Part shown: positions 8,940 through 18,065 of the stretch, one piece after another
Numbering within the stretch: position 1 is the stretch's first letter
Layout: every line of letters begins with the position of its first letter
IMG/VR virus record: IMGVR_UViG_2554235495_000004
Location: 1-57,783 of that record
Direction: 5' to 3' (one strand)
Length of the DNA: 57,783 nt
Source: a virus
Translations under genes and position numbers: made by a program
Notes under the pieces: generated by a model
Databases searched by the model: none
Seen by the model: only the letters and a program-made list of their open reading frames with translations
Told to the model about the DNA's origin: nothing

Positions 8940-9397
8940 CCACCACCCCCCCGCCCAATGTCGAAGTCAATCAGTCCGAACGATTGCCGGACCTCGTCGA
9001 TGTCGTCGCCGAAGGCGTCGGCCAGTTTCTCACAGATTGCGTTGTACGCCTGCGCGTGGATCGTCCCGCGTTCGTCATCCCACGCGCCCGGAATGTCGAT
9101 CACCGTGAACGCGATCGACCTATGCCCGAGGAACAACGCCCCCGACCACGGATCGAAACACACGCGCTCACAATCATAGGCGTCCAGACCGGGCCGCCCC
9201 GAGAGTTCGATACCGCGCTCCCACCCGTGTTCGGGACACACGGTGTCGGGTGCCGTCCGCCCGTTCCACCGCCGCGCAGCGTGCGGGTGGATATACGGCG
9301 ACCAATACGGCCGGCGCGGGAGTTCGTCGGTTTCCGGTTCGGCCACGTCGCCGCTCGGCAACTGGACAGTTCCTGGTGACTGGCTCTCGGTGCTCAT
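8936..9397 (-). CDS. Hypothetical protein
   Basis: IHPHAARRW motif; coupled ORF. Confidence 0.65.
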   Translation of the reverse strand: MSTESQSPGTVQLPSGDVAEPETDELPRRPYWSPYIHPHAARRWNGRTAPDTVCPEHGWERGIELSGRPGLDAYDCERVCFDPWSGALFLGHRSIAFTVIDIPGAWDDERGTIHAQAYNAICEKLADAFGDDIDEVRQSFGLIDFDIGRGGGG

Positions 9398-9657
9398 TCT
9401 GCCTCGCCCCCCGAGCCGGTCTTGATCCCCTCTGGCGGGACGGCCCACCCGGAGAGCCACTGGCCTTTGCCACCATCACTGACTGGCTGGCCGGGTTCGC
9501 CCGCGGTGGCGAGCGTGATGCGCTGGCCATTATGCCCGCCCGGACGCGCTTCGACAGTCTCGTCCAGTGGCCCGACGCGCTCGCGTTCGGTGCGCTCGGA
9601 GACGGGGCCGCGCTCGAATACGGACTGGAGCGAGCGACGGAGCGTCTTGTCGCTCAT
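9394..9657 (-). CDS. Hypothetical protein
   Basis: ATGA overlaps on both sides. Confidence 0.55.
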   Translation of the reverse strand: MSDKTLRRSLQSVFERGPVSERTERERVGPLDETVEARPGGHNGQRITLATAGEPGQPVSDGGKGQWLSGWAVPPEGIKTGSGGEAE

Positions 9658-9836
9658 GATTTCACCACTTCACTGTCAAGTTGTGTAACCGAGGAGTACG
9701 CACCACTCGCAACAGCGATGTGGAAATGAGCACTCAGCAGTTTGTCAATGAGCTCGTCTTTTGATTTTTCACGGAGTTGTGACCTCTCCCCTTCGACGAC
9801 CTCCTCAGCGTGCAGTAGGTGCTGTTCGTCGTTCAT
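9654..9836 (-). CDS. Hypothetical protein
   Basis: Acidic coupled ORF. Confidence 0.6.
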   Translation of the reverse strand: MNDEQHLLHAEEVVEGERSQLREKSKDELIDKLLSAHFHIAVASGAYSSVTQLDSEVVKS

Positions 9837-9970
9837 AGCCAGACCTCCCACACGGCACCGCACGAGCGACACTTGTTCCGGCCGTCGAGCGTCTCGGTTG
9901 GTGGGCTATCCCCGCAGGTCGGACACGTCGCAGGTCCAACGACCGTCGTAGACGTGTGGTCGGCGCTCAT
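9833..9970 (-). CDS. CPxCG-type Zn-finger microprotein (45 aa, absent from the ORF track)
   Basis: CPTCG..CRSCG; ATGA overlaps. Confidence 0.7.
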   Translation of the reverse strand: MSADHTSTTVVGPATCPTCGDSPPTETLDGRNKCRSCGAVWEVWL

Positions 9971-10845
9971 CGCGTCCGCACCCACCCTTCAGTCTCGCCC
10001 CACTTCCACCGTTTCTCGTCAGTCGTACCGGCGGTGAATTGGCGCTGCCACTTGTTGATGACAAGCGGCGAGTTGATGGCTCCATAGATCCGGCGCTCGG
10101 TTTCGACGTTGTTGAACGCGAGTTCCTCGATCTCGCGCATCGTAATCCCGAGCGGCTTGTTCCCTGAGCGTGTGTACGCGCGGTGAGACCACAGCGCCAC
10201 GAGGTCAAGCGTCTGCGTCGGCCACCCCATCCCGCGCTTGTCGCTCTCTGTTGGTTTCTTGAAGTAAGCGCGTGGGAGTGGGCTGTGGTGGTCTCGTACC
10301 TGTTGGAAAAGCGCATCGCCAGGCGACTTCGATCGCATGACAGCGTAGAATGGCGTCTCGAACTCGCCAGGGTCGTTGAACCCGAGCGAGTCTTCAAGCA
10401 CCGCGAGGAGTTGGTCGCGGAGCGCCTGGTTATCGACACGGAGGACGAGTTCGCGCACCGGGAGGTCGTATACGTCGTCGTACCGATCGAACCAATTCAT
10501 CAGGTGGCCGTGGTATTTATCGTATGGCGTGCCACCGACGTTCGACCGATCGTATTTGAGTTCCACCGAGACACCTTCCGGCGTCTTCGCTTTCAGACAG
10601 TCCGAAAGGCCGCCCGTGAGTGGAATTTCATTCGTGTGGCTGACGATCTTCCGATCGGCCACGATGCGCTGTACGTCGGATGGATCGACGAAACGCATGA
10701 TCTCCCGGTAGGACTGACTCAAGAAGCACCCACGCGAGCGTCGGTCTTGGTCCGAAAAGCGATCGGTAAGGGCGTCGTACACCAACTCGGGGATGTCTTC
10801 TTTGTGGATGACATCCTCTGACGGCTGCGCGGCTTGGGAACTCAT
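9967..10845 (-). CDS. Putative PD-(D/E)xK nuclease-domain protein
   Basis: NEIPLTGGLSDCL...VSVELK resembles the E...D...ExK motif. Confidence 0.5.
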   Translation of the reverse strand: MSSQAAQPSEDVIHKEDIPELVYDALTDRFSDQDRRSRGCFLSQSYREIMRFVDPSDVQRIVADRKIVSHTNEIPLTGGLSDCLKAKTPEGVSVELKYDRSNVGGTPYDKYHGHLMNWFDRYDDVYDLPVRELVLRVDNQALRDQLLAVLEDSLGFNDPGEFETPFYAVMRSKSPGDALFQQVRDHHSPLPRAYFKKPTESDKRGMGWPTQTLDLVALWSHRAYTRSGNKPLGITMREIEELAFNNVETERRIYGAINSPLVINKWQRQFTAGTTDEKRWKWGETEGWVRTR

Positions 10846-11732
10846 AGGAACCCCTCCGCTTCGAGATACCGCACGATCTCTTGGCGTGCGACTTGGTTCT
10901 CGGTCGCGCCGCGTTGCTTTGCGGCGGTCGTGAGGGCTTCGGATTCGTCACCTGAAAAGGTAAGTTCGATCCGAGTGCGCTCCTCTGCTTTTGTTTCTTG
11001 TATCTCCTGTTTTTCACGAGTGACAGATTCGACCGCCCCGTGAGGGTCTTGACCTCTGTCGACCCGTTTTTTCGCCTCGTTTAGATCGTGTTGATTAAGC
11101 CCATCCTGAACGGCTTTGGTGGCGATTTCTTCCCCTTCACTGCCGCCACCAGTCATTTTCCGTATTTCCCTAACCGAATTATCGTCTAAATTGTCAACGG
11201 TCTTCTCCGTCTGCCCTTTGGTGGGCGAAGTTGATGTGCTGTTGTCGTGTTCTGGATGGAGGGCTGTTCCCTCCCACTCCTCGCGGCCCCGTTCGATCAT
11301 TCGAGTCACCACCTTTCTCCCAACACCAAGCGCCTCGGCTGCCTGCCGCTGGTTGTAATTTTGCTTGTCCATCAAACGGAGAATTGCGGTGGCCCGGTCC
11401 TCTGGCAACACGTCTTCTCTAAACACATCGATATTCTCGGTGATCGACGCCTCTAGTGCTTCGGCGTCGTCCCACCCGACCACCACAACGGGGATGGTCT
11501 CGACACCGCCCGCGGCCTGCGCACCGAGCACACGCCGCTGGCCGACCACGGCCTCATAGGGCACTTCAGCGTCGTCCATCCCGTCGCGCTCGCGCACGAG
11601 CGGGGGCTGGATCACGCCCTGTTTCTCGATCGACTCTTGGATCGAGCTGGTAACGGGCGAGGACCGCCGCTCGTTCATGTCGCTCACCGCGACCTCGTAG
11701 GGATCGACCTCGCGGTACTGGTTCTCTGTCAT
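10842..11732 (-). CDS. ParB/Srx-domain protein with HTH and RHH-like C-terminus
   Basis: SIEKQGVIQPPLVR...VVGQRR...SITEN followed by NQRQAAEALG HTH. Confidence 0.88.
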   Translation of the reverse strand: MTENQYREVDPYEVAVSDMNERRSSPVTSSIQESIEKQGVIQPPLVRERDGMDDAEVPYEAVVGQRRVLGAQAAGGVETIPVVVVGWDDAEALEASITENIDVFREDVLPEDRATAILRLMDKQNYNQRQAAEALGVGRKVVTRMIERGREEWEGTALHPEHDNSTSTSPTKGQTEKTVDNLDDNSVREIRKMTGGGSEGEEIATKAVQDGLNQHDLNEAKKRVDRGQDPHGAVESVTREKQEIQETKAEERTRIELTFSGDESEALTTAAKQRGATENQVARQEIVRYLEAEGFL

Positions 11733-11959
11733 TCGGAACCACCACCGAGGAGTTCGAGCGCGATCTGCTGCCACGCGAGTTCTTTGATCTGCCAGTCGTT
11801 GCCTTCGATGCTGACGTTCACGACCGAGACGTCTTCTGCCTCACCGCTCAGACCGTTCGCGTTCTCACGAAGGTGCGCGAGTGCTTCGTCGCGTGTGTCG
11901 TGAATCGATTCGCCGCTCGGCAATTGGACCATGAAGAACTCGGAATTGCTAACGTTCAT
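11729..11959 (-). CDS. Hypothetical protein
   Basis: Acidic ORF coupled to the ParB-like gene. Confidence 0.7.
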   Translation of the reverse strand: MNVSNSEFFMVQLPSGESIHDTRDEALAHLRENANGLSGEAEDVSVVNVSIEGNDWQIKELAWQQIALELLGGGSE

Positions 11960-12134
11960 GCTGACACCTCGCCGGCCGCGCCGCTGTGTTCGGGTTCGCT
12001 ACGATCGGTAGCCTTTCGGCTTCGGAGTTCGTGGTTGAACATGGGACTGGGTTCAGCAGTCTCCGCGGGCTTTGACCCCTCTCGTGGCACGACCTGGCCG
12101 GCCACGGAGGGCGATACGCCCCGCGTGCGTGCGT

Positions 12135-12377
12135 TCATCGCTCTCCACCATCAGCGAAAAGCGTCTGCTGATCCGGGTCATCCGAAACGTAGCGATCGAT
12201 CGCGTCCACTTCCCACCCATCGGAGAGATCGCGGCCCGCCTCCTCTTTCTGCTCGTGTGCGTGCACGTACAGTTCGATTGCGTCACGCGCCACCTGCGAA
12301 AATGACGTGTCGATGCCACCACACTCGTCAAGCCGATCTAGGAGGTCTTGCTCGATGGTCATCGACTTCCGTTTCAT
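12135..12377 (-). CDS. RHH/CopG-like regulator
   Basis: KRKSMTIEQDLLDRLD..SFSQVARDAIELY. Confidence 0.75.
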   Translation of the reverse strand: MKRKSMTIEQDLLDRLDECGGIDTSFSQVARDAIELYVHAHEQKEEAGRDLSDGWEVDAIDRYVSDDPDQQTLFADGGER

Positions 12378-12384
12378 GGACCTG

Positions 12385-12500
12385 ACTTATGCGGGTGTGA
12401 CCTTAATACTTATGTTGTTAATCCGTTATGCGGTTATGAAGTAGGAAGTAAGAACTACTGCCGTCTCATCGTATGTCTGACGTAAGTATTATAATCATAC
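12385..12500. promoter_or_regulatory. Divergent promoter region with TTATG repeats
   Basis: TTATG at 12387, 12410, 12426 and 12434; AT-rich TATA-like boxes; lies between two divergent RHH genes. Confidence 0.6.
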
Positions 12501-12523
12501 GTCTAGTAGACCCACGTACAGCG

Positions 12524-12709
12524 ATGACCGACAACACCGTTCGCGTGACGATCAGCATGGACGAAGATCTCGATAAGGAGATCGAGGACCAGCTCGACTA
12601 TGGCGACAACAAAAGCGAGTTCATCCGCAACGCGCTACGGAAGGAACTCGATGGTGAGTGTGGTTCAGAGGGAAATCCGAAGGCGGCGACGGGGATGGCG
12701 GCTGACTAA
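12524..12709 (+). CDS. RHH/CopG-like repressor
   Basis: VRVTISMDEDLDKEIEDQLDYGDNKSEFIRNALR. Confidence 0.85.
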   Translation: MTDNTVRVTISMDEDLDKEIEDQLDYGDNKSEFIRNALRKELDGECGSEGNPKAATGMAAD

Positions 12710-12885
12710 GGCCGTGTCAAACCGCCGCCGTTCTGGTTACTCTCCAATTGACGCTCACAACAGTCGCTGACAAGCTCAGTCACCGACTTGTCGGTCTTTC
12801 GTAGCTCGTCACCCATCGCAATCAGTAGTTCCTCGCCGATCTCGACCTCGTTTTCAACAGTAGATTCGGTGTCTGTCTCGTGCAT
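12706..12885 (-). CDS. Small RHH-like protein
   Basis: VEIGEELLIAM...KSVTELVSDCCERQL. Confidence 0.5.
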   Translation of the reverse strand: MHETDTESTVENEVEIGEELLIAMGDELRKTDKSVTELVSDCCERQLESNQNGGGLTRP

Positions 12886-12916
12886 TGGATTTGAATTATT
12901 CCAGTGGATCGTTCCG

Positions 12917-13123
12917 CTAGGCCTCTTCGAGTACGTCGTGGTGGTTGACGGTCTCGCCAGTCCGCTTGTCGTGGAGTTCCCAAAACTCCGGATCGACCTC
13001 GGGATCGGAACTCCGCGAACACGTCGCACACCAGAGATGGTTGTTCGTCGGTTCCCAGCTCGTATGACCGCGCGGGCAGGTGTACCGCCACGGCTGGCGT
13101 CGTGGGGCGCTTGCCAGTGACAT
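12917..13123 (-). CDS. Small Zn-finger protein
   Basis: WRYTCPRGHTSWEPTNNHLWCATC. Confidence 0.7.
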   Translation of the reverse strand: MSLASAPRRQPWRYTCPRGHTSWEPTNNHLWCATCSRSSDPEVDPEFWELHDKRTGETVNHHDVLEEA

Positions 13124-13382
13124 CCCATCACATCCCACGCACATCCGCCCATAAACTGTTGTTCTGATCCGGAGTGAAAGTAATACAGTTCTGGAAATCG
13201 ACATCCGGCGACGGTGTTCGACTCGAACCGATCGGGGGTTAGATGAACGGGCACGGGGTAGTGGCCCGAAGCAAGCCACGGTGATTCTTCCATCATCCTC
13301 CGGGCCAAGTCAACAGTACGCATGATAAAAATTGTGGCCGAAACGGGGGAATTACCCGGCTTCCGGAAATCGACGGAACTGT

Positions 13383-13511
13383 CTACTCCAGTTCGTCGAG
13401 GCCGGCCGAAAGCACCTCCTCGTAGGCGGCGTCGAGATCGAGATCGTGAGCTTCGGCATAATCTTTGACACGCCCGTGCGTGGCATGGCTAATATCGATA
13501 TACGGTCTCAT
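13383..13511 (-). CDS. 42-aa RHH-like protein (absent from the ORF track)
   Basis: MRPYIDISHATHGRVKDYAEAHDLDLDAAYEEVLSAGLDELE, translated by hand. Confidence 0.75.
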   Translation of the reverse strand: MRPYIDISHATHGRVKDYAEAHDLDLDAAYEEVLSAGLDELE

Positions 13512-13640
13512 CGTCCCAATGTCCCACGCGACGTTTATCTTACTTACTGACGTTTAGACAATTATGCCATTCCGTCGTCTCAGACGATCCGGCAATAGCG
13601 GCAATATCGGCGGAAGTCTTTCACGAAGAACTGCCTAAGT

Positions 13641-13847
13641 ATGGTGAGGATGTCGAGCGATAATCCCACACTCGAAGGCAAGTCCCGCCACGAGGTCACG
13701 ATCACGGAAGAACACCGCGAGCGAATGCTGGAGTTGTTCGACTCGCCGAAGATCACCGACGCGATCCGACAGTCGTCGCTGCGCGGGATGGAGTGCAAAC
13801 AGCAGACTCGGGAATGCAACTGCGAGTGTGGGGGTGAAAGCGGTTAA
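13641..13847 (+). CDS. Small RHH-like protein
   Basis: RHEVTITEEHRERML..KITDAIR; divergent from the 42-aa gene. Confidence 0.55.
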   Translation: MVRMSSDNPTLEGKSRHEVTITEEHRERMLELFDSPKITDAIRQSSLRGMECKQQTRECNCECGGESG

Positions 13848-14101
13848 TCCTCTGGTTCAGAAACCAACTCGTAGAGTCCGTCGTCGTAGAGATTGCGTGT
13901 GTGGCCATGTTCCGTCAGCCGCTGTAACCGCTGGCTGATGTAGGTGCTGGTGATCTCTTTCCGACGGCCTTCATCAATCACGCGATCACGGGCGTACACT
14001 GGTGTCACACGTCCTTCTTTGAGATACCCGACGAGAATCGCGTCGATCTCACGGAGGTCGTTCTTCGAGAGCGCCATACCGACTCTTTCCTCGGCTTGCA
14101 T
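13844..14101 (-). CDS. Winged-HTH repressor-like protein
   Basis: LREIDAILVGYLKEGRVTP...YISQRLQRLTEHGH..NL..GLYELV. Confidence 0.8.
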   Translation of the reverse strand: MQAEERVGMALSKNDLREIDAILVGYLKEGRVTPVYARDRVIDEGRRKEITSTYISQRLQRLTEHGHTRNLYDDGLYELVSEPED

Positions 14102-14175
14102 TACACGCTTTTGCTACGAACCCGCCGCATAAAGTGTTTGTGTTGCAAGCGTGAGATGGTGGTTTGAGTCACAAG

Positions 14176-14262
14176 TTTTATTAGCACAGGGTCTAACGGT
14201 TAGGTATGAGCGGGATGCCGACGCGAGAAATCGGCCGGGCGGTAGGACGCCCGACCCCGCTC
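14176..14262 (+). promoter_or_regulatory. TATA box plus three-way-junction 5'UTR RNA motif, copy 1
   Basis: TTTTATTA 14176-83; P1 14208-14/14256-62, P2 14217-21/14231-35, P3 14236-41/14248-53. Confidence 0.6.
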
Positions 14263-14277
14263 CCAGGTAATGGAAGC

Positions 14278-15198
14278 ATGTCCACATTCGCACCCACCGC
14301 TGAAAACTCCAGCGACACGACGGCCGCACAGCCCACGACCATCCAGACGGAGCGCGCGACCCCTGTAGCACTCGACGGTGCGACGGCCATCTTCGTGCCG
14401 GCATACACCCGCACCGACGACGGCCACGCACTCGAACAGACCCGCGACGAACTCACCCACCTCGTCGGGGTCTACTCGGAACCCGATGTCCGCAAGCAGC
14501 TCGGCGAGGAGTACGAACCCTACGAGATTGAGCGAGCGATCGAGCGCGGCGAGCGCATGACTCAGGAGCACCAGGAAAACGTCTTGGCGGCGATCCGAGT
14601 CGCAGAACAGAACGAAGAGCGCGATCTCGACCGCGGCGAGGGCGTCATGGCGGACGGTGGGGCGCTCACGGTCCACGACGGCGACACCGACACCACCGAA
14701 ACCATCGAAGCGGACGGTGGCGAGGGCGACTCGGACAACGCCGAACGCCTCGCCCGCGGCGAGGCTCCACTCCCCGACGCCGTGAATGGCTGTCAGTATT
14801 GCGGCGCGGATCGAGACGCCATGCACTGCACGGAGGAGGACAGCCACGTCGCGCCCCACAGCCACCACGGGGCGCGGCACACTGTCATCTCGTGCGACGA
14901 GTGCGACGGCGCGCACATCACGGTCTCGCAGGTTCAGACGCGGGTCAACCGCCCATCGCGGCCGACGCACACGAAATCGATCTGGGTCATCCCCGACGAG
15001 TTCGTCCTGTGCGTGTGCATGGACGGCCACATCGTCGACCGCGTCGAGAAGGTCGGCCGCGGCGAAGAGTTCTACACCGCGTTGCTCGACGGCGAACTCA
15101 ACTGTGAGTGTGGCGCAACCGTGACCCACGTCGAGGGGCGCTTTGAGCGCAACGCGGACGGAACGCCCGTCGAACCCCTGCCGGAGCCCGATCACTGA
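14278..15198 (+). CDS. Multi-Zn-ribbon hypothetical protein, first gene of the rightward operon (alternative start 14206)
   Basis: CQYC, CDEC, CVC and CEC motifs; acidic. Confidence 0.75.
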   Translation: MSTFAPTAENSSDTTAAQPTTIQTERATPVALDGATAIFVPAYTRTDDGHALEQTRDELTHLVGVYSEPDVRKQLGEEYEPYEIERAIERGERMTQEHQENVLAAIRVAEQNEERDLDRGEGVMADGGALTVHDGDTDTTETIEADGGEGDSDNAERLARGEAPLPDAVNGCQYCGADRDAMHCTEEDSHVAPHSHHGARHTVISCDECDGAHITVSQVQTRVNRPSRPTHTKSIWVIPDEFVLCVCMDGHIVDRVEKVGRGEEFYTALLDGELNCECGATVTHVEGRFERNADGTPVEPLPEPDH

Positions 15199-15533
15199 TG
15201 ACGGACCCTCTCAACGCCCGACAGGCCTTGGAGGGCATCGAACTCCCGCAGCCGACTCGCTGCCGTGACTGCCACGTCAAACAGTACGAGACGACTCCGA
15301 TCTCGGTCGTCGCGGAACGACCCCACGACGCGGCGGAGTGGCATGTCGTGTGCGCGATGTGCGTTGCCTGCGCAGGCACCACAGTTCGACCCTCGCCAGC
15401 GGCCGATCGGATCCTCGCGGAGGGCGAGATCGCCATGACGGCTGACACTGGTGCGCAAGAACATTGGCCGGTGCTCATCCGCGTGGACGTCGTCGAGACG
15501 CACGAGCTGGCGGCGCGAGGGGTGGAGGTATGA
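15198..15533 (+). CDS. Zn-finger hypothetical protein
   Basis: CRDC and CAMC; coupled. Confidence 0.7.
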   Translation: MTDPLNARQALEGIELPQPTRCRDCHVKQYETTPISVVAERPHDAAEWHVVCAMCVACAGTTVRPSPAADRILAEGEIAMTADTGAQEHWPVLIRVDVVETHELAARGVEV

Positions 15534-16158
15534 TGCCCACCTCGCTCCAGCGCACGCGCGATGAGTGCCCCGACTGCGGCGGCAGTACGAACGTCTGTCG
15601 CCTGCGCGACCTCGTGACGCCCGAGACGAAAACCGTCACGTACTGCGAGGATGGGTGCACCTGGACGGAGGCCGCGTGATGGACGACATCATCGAAGGGA
15701 ACGGCAACCGTGACATGACGGTGGCCGACGCGGTGCTCGATCCCGACGGCCGGCTGTTGATCGATACGGACGCCCGCCGAGACGGGAACCACGACCTGCG
15801 GGAGTGGTCGGAGTGAGCCAGCGCGTCACGTCACCGGACCCGTGTGACAACTGCGGTGAGAACGACAACATCACCGTGTCGCGGTACGTGCCGTGGCTCG
15901 AAGCCCACCGGATGGTCTGTGAGTCGTGCCTGTTCGGCAACTGCGACCTCTTCGGCCGGTCGCGATCGGGTGCGCACTGGAATGGAGCGGAGCACTGATG
16001 ACTGCGAGACCATCGACTGGTGCGGCTCGGCGTGGGCGATCGTCGGCCGCGAAGATGGTCTCATCCGACTGCGGCGCACGCACGACAAGAACGCCCTCGC
16101 CCGGCAGGGCGACGAGGTGCTGGTCCTGCCGGGAATGGTTGGTCTCGACCCCGACTGA
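15530..16158 (+). other. Four coupled small ORFs (15530-15679, 15679-15816, 15813-15998, 15982-16158), two with CxxC pairs
   Basis: Overlapping start and stop codons; CPDCG and CDNCG motifs. Confidence 0.6.
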
Positions 16159-16212
16159 CGACATGCCCCTCCAGGCACCAACAATTATCCCGGCACGACA
16201 CGGAGTGAACCC

Positions 16213-16530
16213 ATGACACAGACGACACCATTCGAGAGCGGAGACACGAACGAAGTGCCCGCGGCGGTGTTCCGCGCGATGGGCGCGATCGTCCAGCAGA
16301 TGCCGGAGTGTGAGTTTGACCGCGTAGCGTTCGCGCAGATGGCCGGCGGCGCGGAGATCGAACTGGAGATCACGTCCACCGAGAACGCGACGTGGATCAC
16401 GAACGCGCTGGAGGAACACCTCACGCGGTGCCACGAGCCCGACATGACGTACACGGGTGAGTCGATTGAGACCGAGGTGCGTGGCTACCTCTCGGCTGAG
16501 GATGCCACGGCACTCATCAACGACTGCTAG
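16213..16530 (+). CDS. Hypothetical protein
   Basis: Acidic 105-aa ORF. Confidence 0.7.
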   Translation: MTQTTPFESGDTNEVPAAVFRAMGAIVQQMPECEFDRVAFAQMAGGAEIELEITSTENATWITNALEEHLTRCHEPDMTYTGESIETEVRGYLSAEDATALINDC

Positions 16531-16552
16531 ATCTGGAACTCGTCTCTAGCCC

Positions 16553-17029
16553 ATGAACACGACAATCAAAACAGAAGACTTGACTAAGACGGATCGGCCA
16601 GCGCACTACAACTATCACACAGAAACCATCTGTACCCTATACTTGGGGTTCGAGTATCGGCCCGGAGAGGGGCTTGTGCTCCCCGAGTATCAAGAGGGTA
16701 CGGACGAACTCCAAAAAGCGATTGAGGGTGACGACGAGCTGACTTTCCGATTCACCGAGAATCGGCATGGCGAGCCAGCACTCAGAGTCAGTCGTCTCAA
16801 AGAGGGGTGGCGCGACTGCCCGTTTGACGGCCTACCGACCCCGGAGCGGGTTCGTAAAGCAAGGGAGTATTGGGAAGAGGGCAAGTCTCTGGAAGAGATC
16901 GACTCCAAGCCCGAAGAGGTCACACCCACGATGACGTGCAAGTGCGGGAATGAGATCGAGTACCGTGGAGACGGCGAGGTCCGCTGCGGACAGTGTGGGA
17001 AGAGACTGGCCGTCGAAACGCCGCGATAA
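16553..17029 (+). CDS. Hypothetical protein with C-terminal Zn ribbon
   Basis: CKCG...CGQCG. Confidence 0.75.
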   Translation: MNTTIKTEDLTKTDRPAHYNYHTETICTLYLGFEYRPGEGLVLPEYQEGTDELQKAIEGDDELTFRFTENRHGEPALRVSRLKEGWRDCPFDGLPTPERVRKAREYWEEGKSLEEIDSKPEEVTPTMTCKCGNEIEYRGDGEVRCGQCGKRLAVETPR

Positions 17030-17052
17030 CTCCGAACTACCTCTAGAACACC

Positions 17053-17298
17053 ATGAACGAAGAACTACCAGACCCAGAGCAGTACCGGATGATCCGGATG
17101 ACCGCGCACCAGTACCTCGATCGTGCGCGTCAAGAGACGGACGAGCCGCTCGGCATGAGCATCGAGTTGAGCGTCGAAGACGACGAACTGTGGGCGTACC
17201 GCATCCACGTGTACGAGCGGGACCAGCCCGATCATGAAGGCCGTCACTGGCACGCTGAGGGAACCGAGCACGAACTGGAAGATCCGAAGCTACCCTGA
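17053..17298 (+). CDS. Hypothetical protein
   Basis: Acidic ORF. Confidence 0.65.
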   Translation: MNEELPDPEQYRMIRMTAHQYLDRARQETDEPLGMSIELSVEDDELWAYRIHVYERDQPDHEGRHWHAEGTEHELEDPKLP

Positions 17299-17332
17299 CG
17301 ACCTCGTACATCAGACTGCTCGCGGCGAAGGG

Positions 17333-17434
17333 CTTTTACTAGCGAGGGTCGTTGTGTGAAACGGATAGGACTGCGGTGGGCACTTCCCCACTGCGTTCTT
17401 ACTACATTCCTTAGCCGCGGCCATGCACAGTCCC
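17333..17434 (+). ncRNA. Candidate promoter-driven small RNA
   Basis: BRE/TATA-like gaagggCTTTTACT, then hairpin 17373-80/17387-94 and closing stem GGACT/AGTCC, between convergent genes. Confidence 0.3.
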
Positions 17435-17447
17435 GCGCCCAAGGCCG

Positions 17448-17741
17448 TCAGTCGAAGTACGAAAGTACCTGTTCCTGCCGCCACTCCATATCCTCGATCA
17501 CCATCTCCTCGCCCTCGTCCGTGAGGGTATAGACGTTCTCCCGCTTCGAGGCGTCCGGTCTGTTTTTGTTCACCATGCCGCGGTCGACAAGCTTGTCCAG
17601 ATTGCGATAATAGGCGTCTCTGCGATTCTGATGCCGGCCCTCCAGATGATCGGCAATGTCCGCTCCGGACGGATCATCGAGGCCGGCGATGCCGAAGAGG
17701 ATGCTAATCTGGAGTCGTGTGGGGTCGTCGTTTCGTGGCAT
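17448..17741 (-). CDS. PadR-like winged-HTH regulator
   Basis: YYRNLDKLVDRGMVNK...RENVYTLTDEG. Confidence 0.85.
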   Translation of the reverse strand: MPRNDDPTRLQISILFGIAGLDDPSGADIADHLEGRHQNRRDAYYRNLDKLVDRGMVNKNRPDASKRENVYTLTDEGEEMVIEDMEWRQEQVLSYFD

Positions 17742-17941
17742 TAGCCGTCCTCCAGCTCGCCGATCCGTTCCTCCACTTCGTCCAGCCGCTCCTTTAGCGA
17801 CTCGGCAGTAGTGGGCGAGACCTCGGGGCGCTGCGTGAGTATCTGGCGGATGTACGCCGAGCGCGTCATGCCCTTCTCGTCGGCCTCGTCGTCCAAATCC
17901 TCGATCAACTCCTCGTCCAGCCGGATCGTGGTCTCTCTCAT
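17741..17941 (-). CDS. RHH/CopG regulator with coiled-coil tail
   Basis: TTIRLDEELIEDLDDEADEKGMTRSAYIRQIL. Confidence 0.88.
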   Translation of the reverse strand: MRETTIRLDEELIEDLDDEADEKGMTRSAYIRQILTQRPEVSPTTAESLKERLDEVEERIGELEDG

Positions 17942-17959
17942 GCCCCGCTAGTCCACAGA

Positions 17960-18040
17960 CCGGCTACAAAACGATACGGATACGGCGGGATGACTGACAC
18001 TGACGCCTCGCGGATGTATCGGTTCCCGATACGTTTATTG
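17960..18040. promoter_or_regulatory. Divergent promoter with GTATCGG-N3-CCGATAC palindrome and GATAC repeats
   Basis: Inverted repeat 18016-18032 directly before TTTATT, 26 nt upstream of ATG 18066; GATAC at 17973 and 17979. Confidence 0.6.
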
Positions 18041-18065
18041 AGATGGAGATGTAAGCGTACTGTGT

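Noticed and set aside
11956-12138. 60-aa ORF vs structured leader
   Set aside because: It forms a long hairpin and has weak coding character, but it does not match the recurrent three-way motif. Too ambiguous to call either way.
12706-13323. Single 205-aa ORF from the track
   Set aside because: It is better explained as a 59-aa ORF (12706-12885) plus a Zn-finger ORF in another frame (12917-13123) with a TATA-like box upstream.
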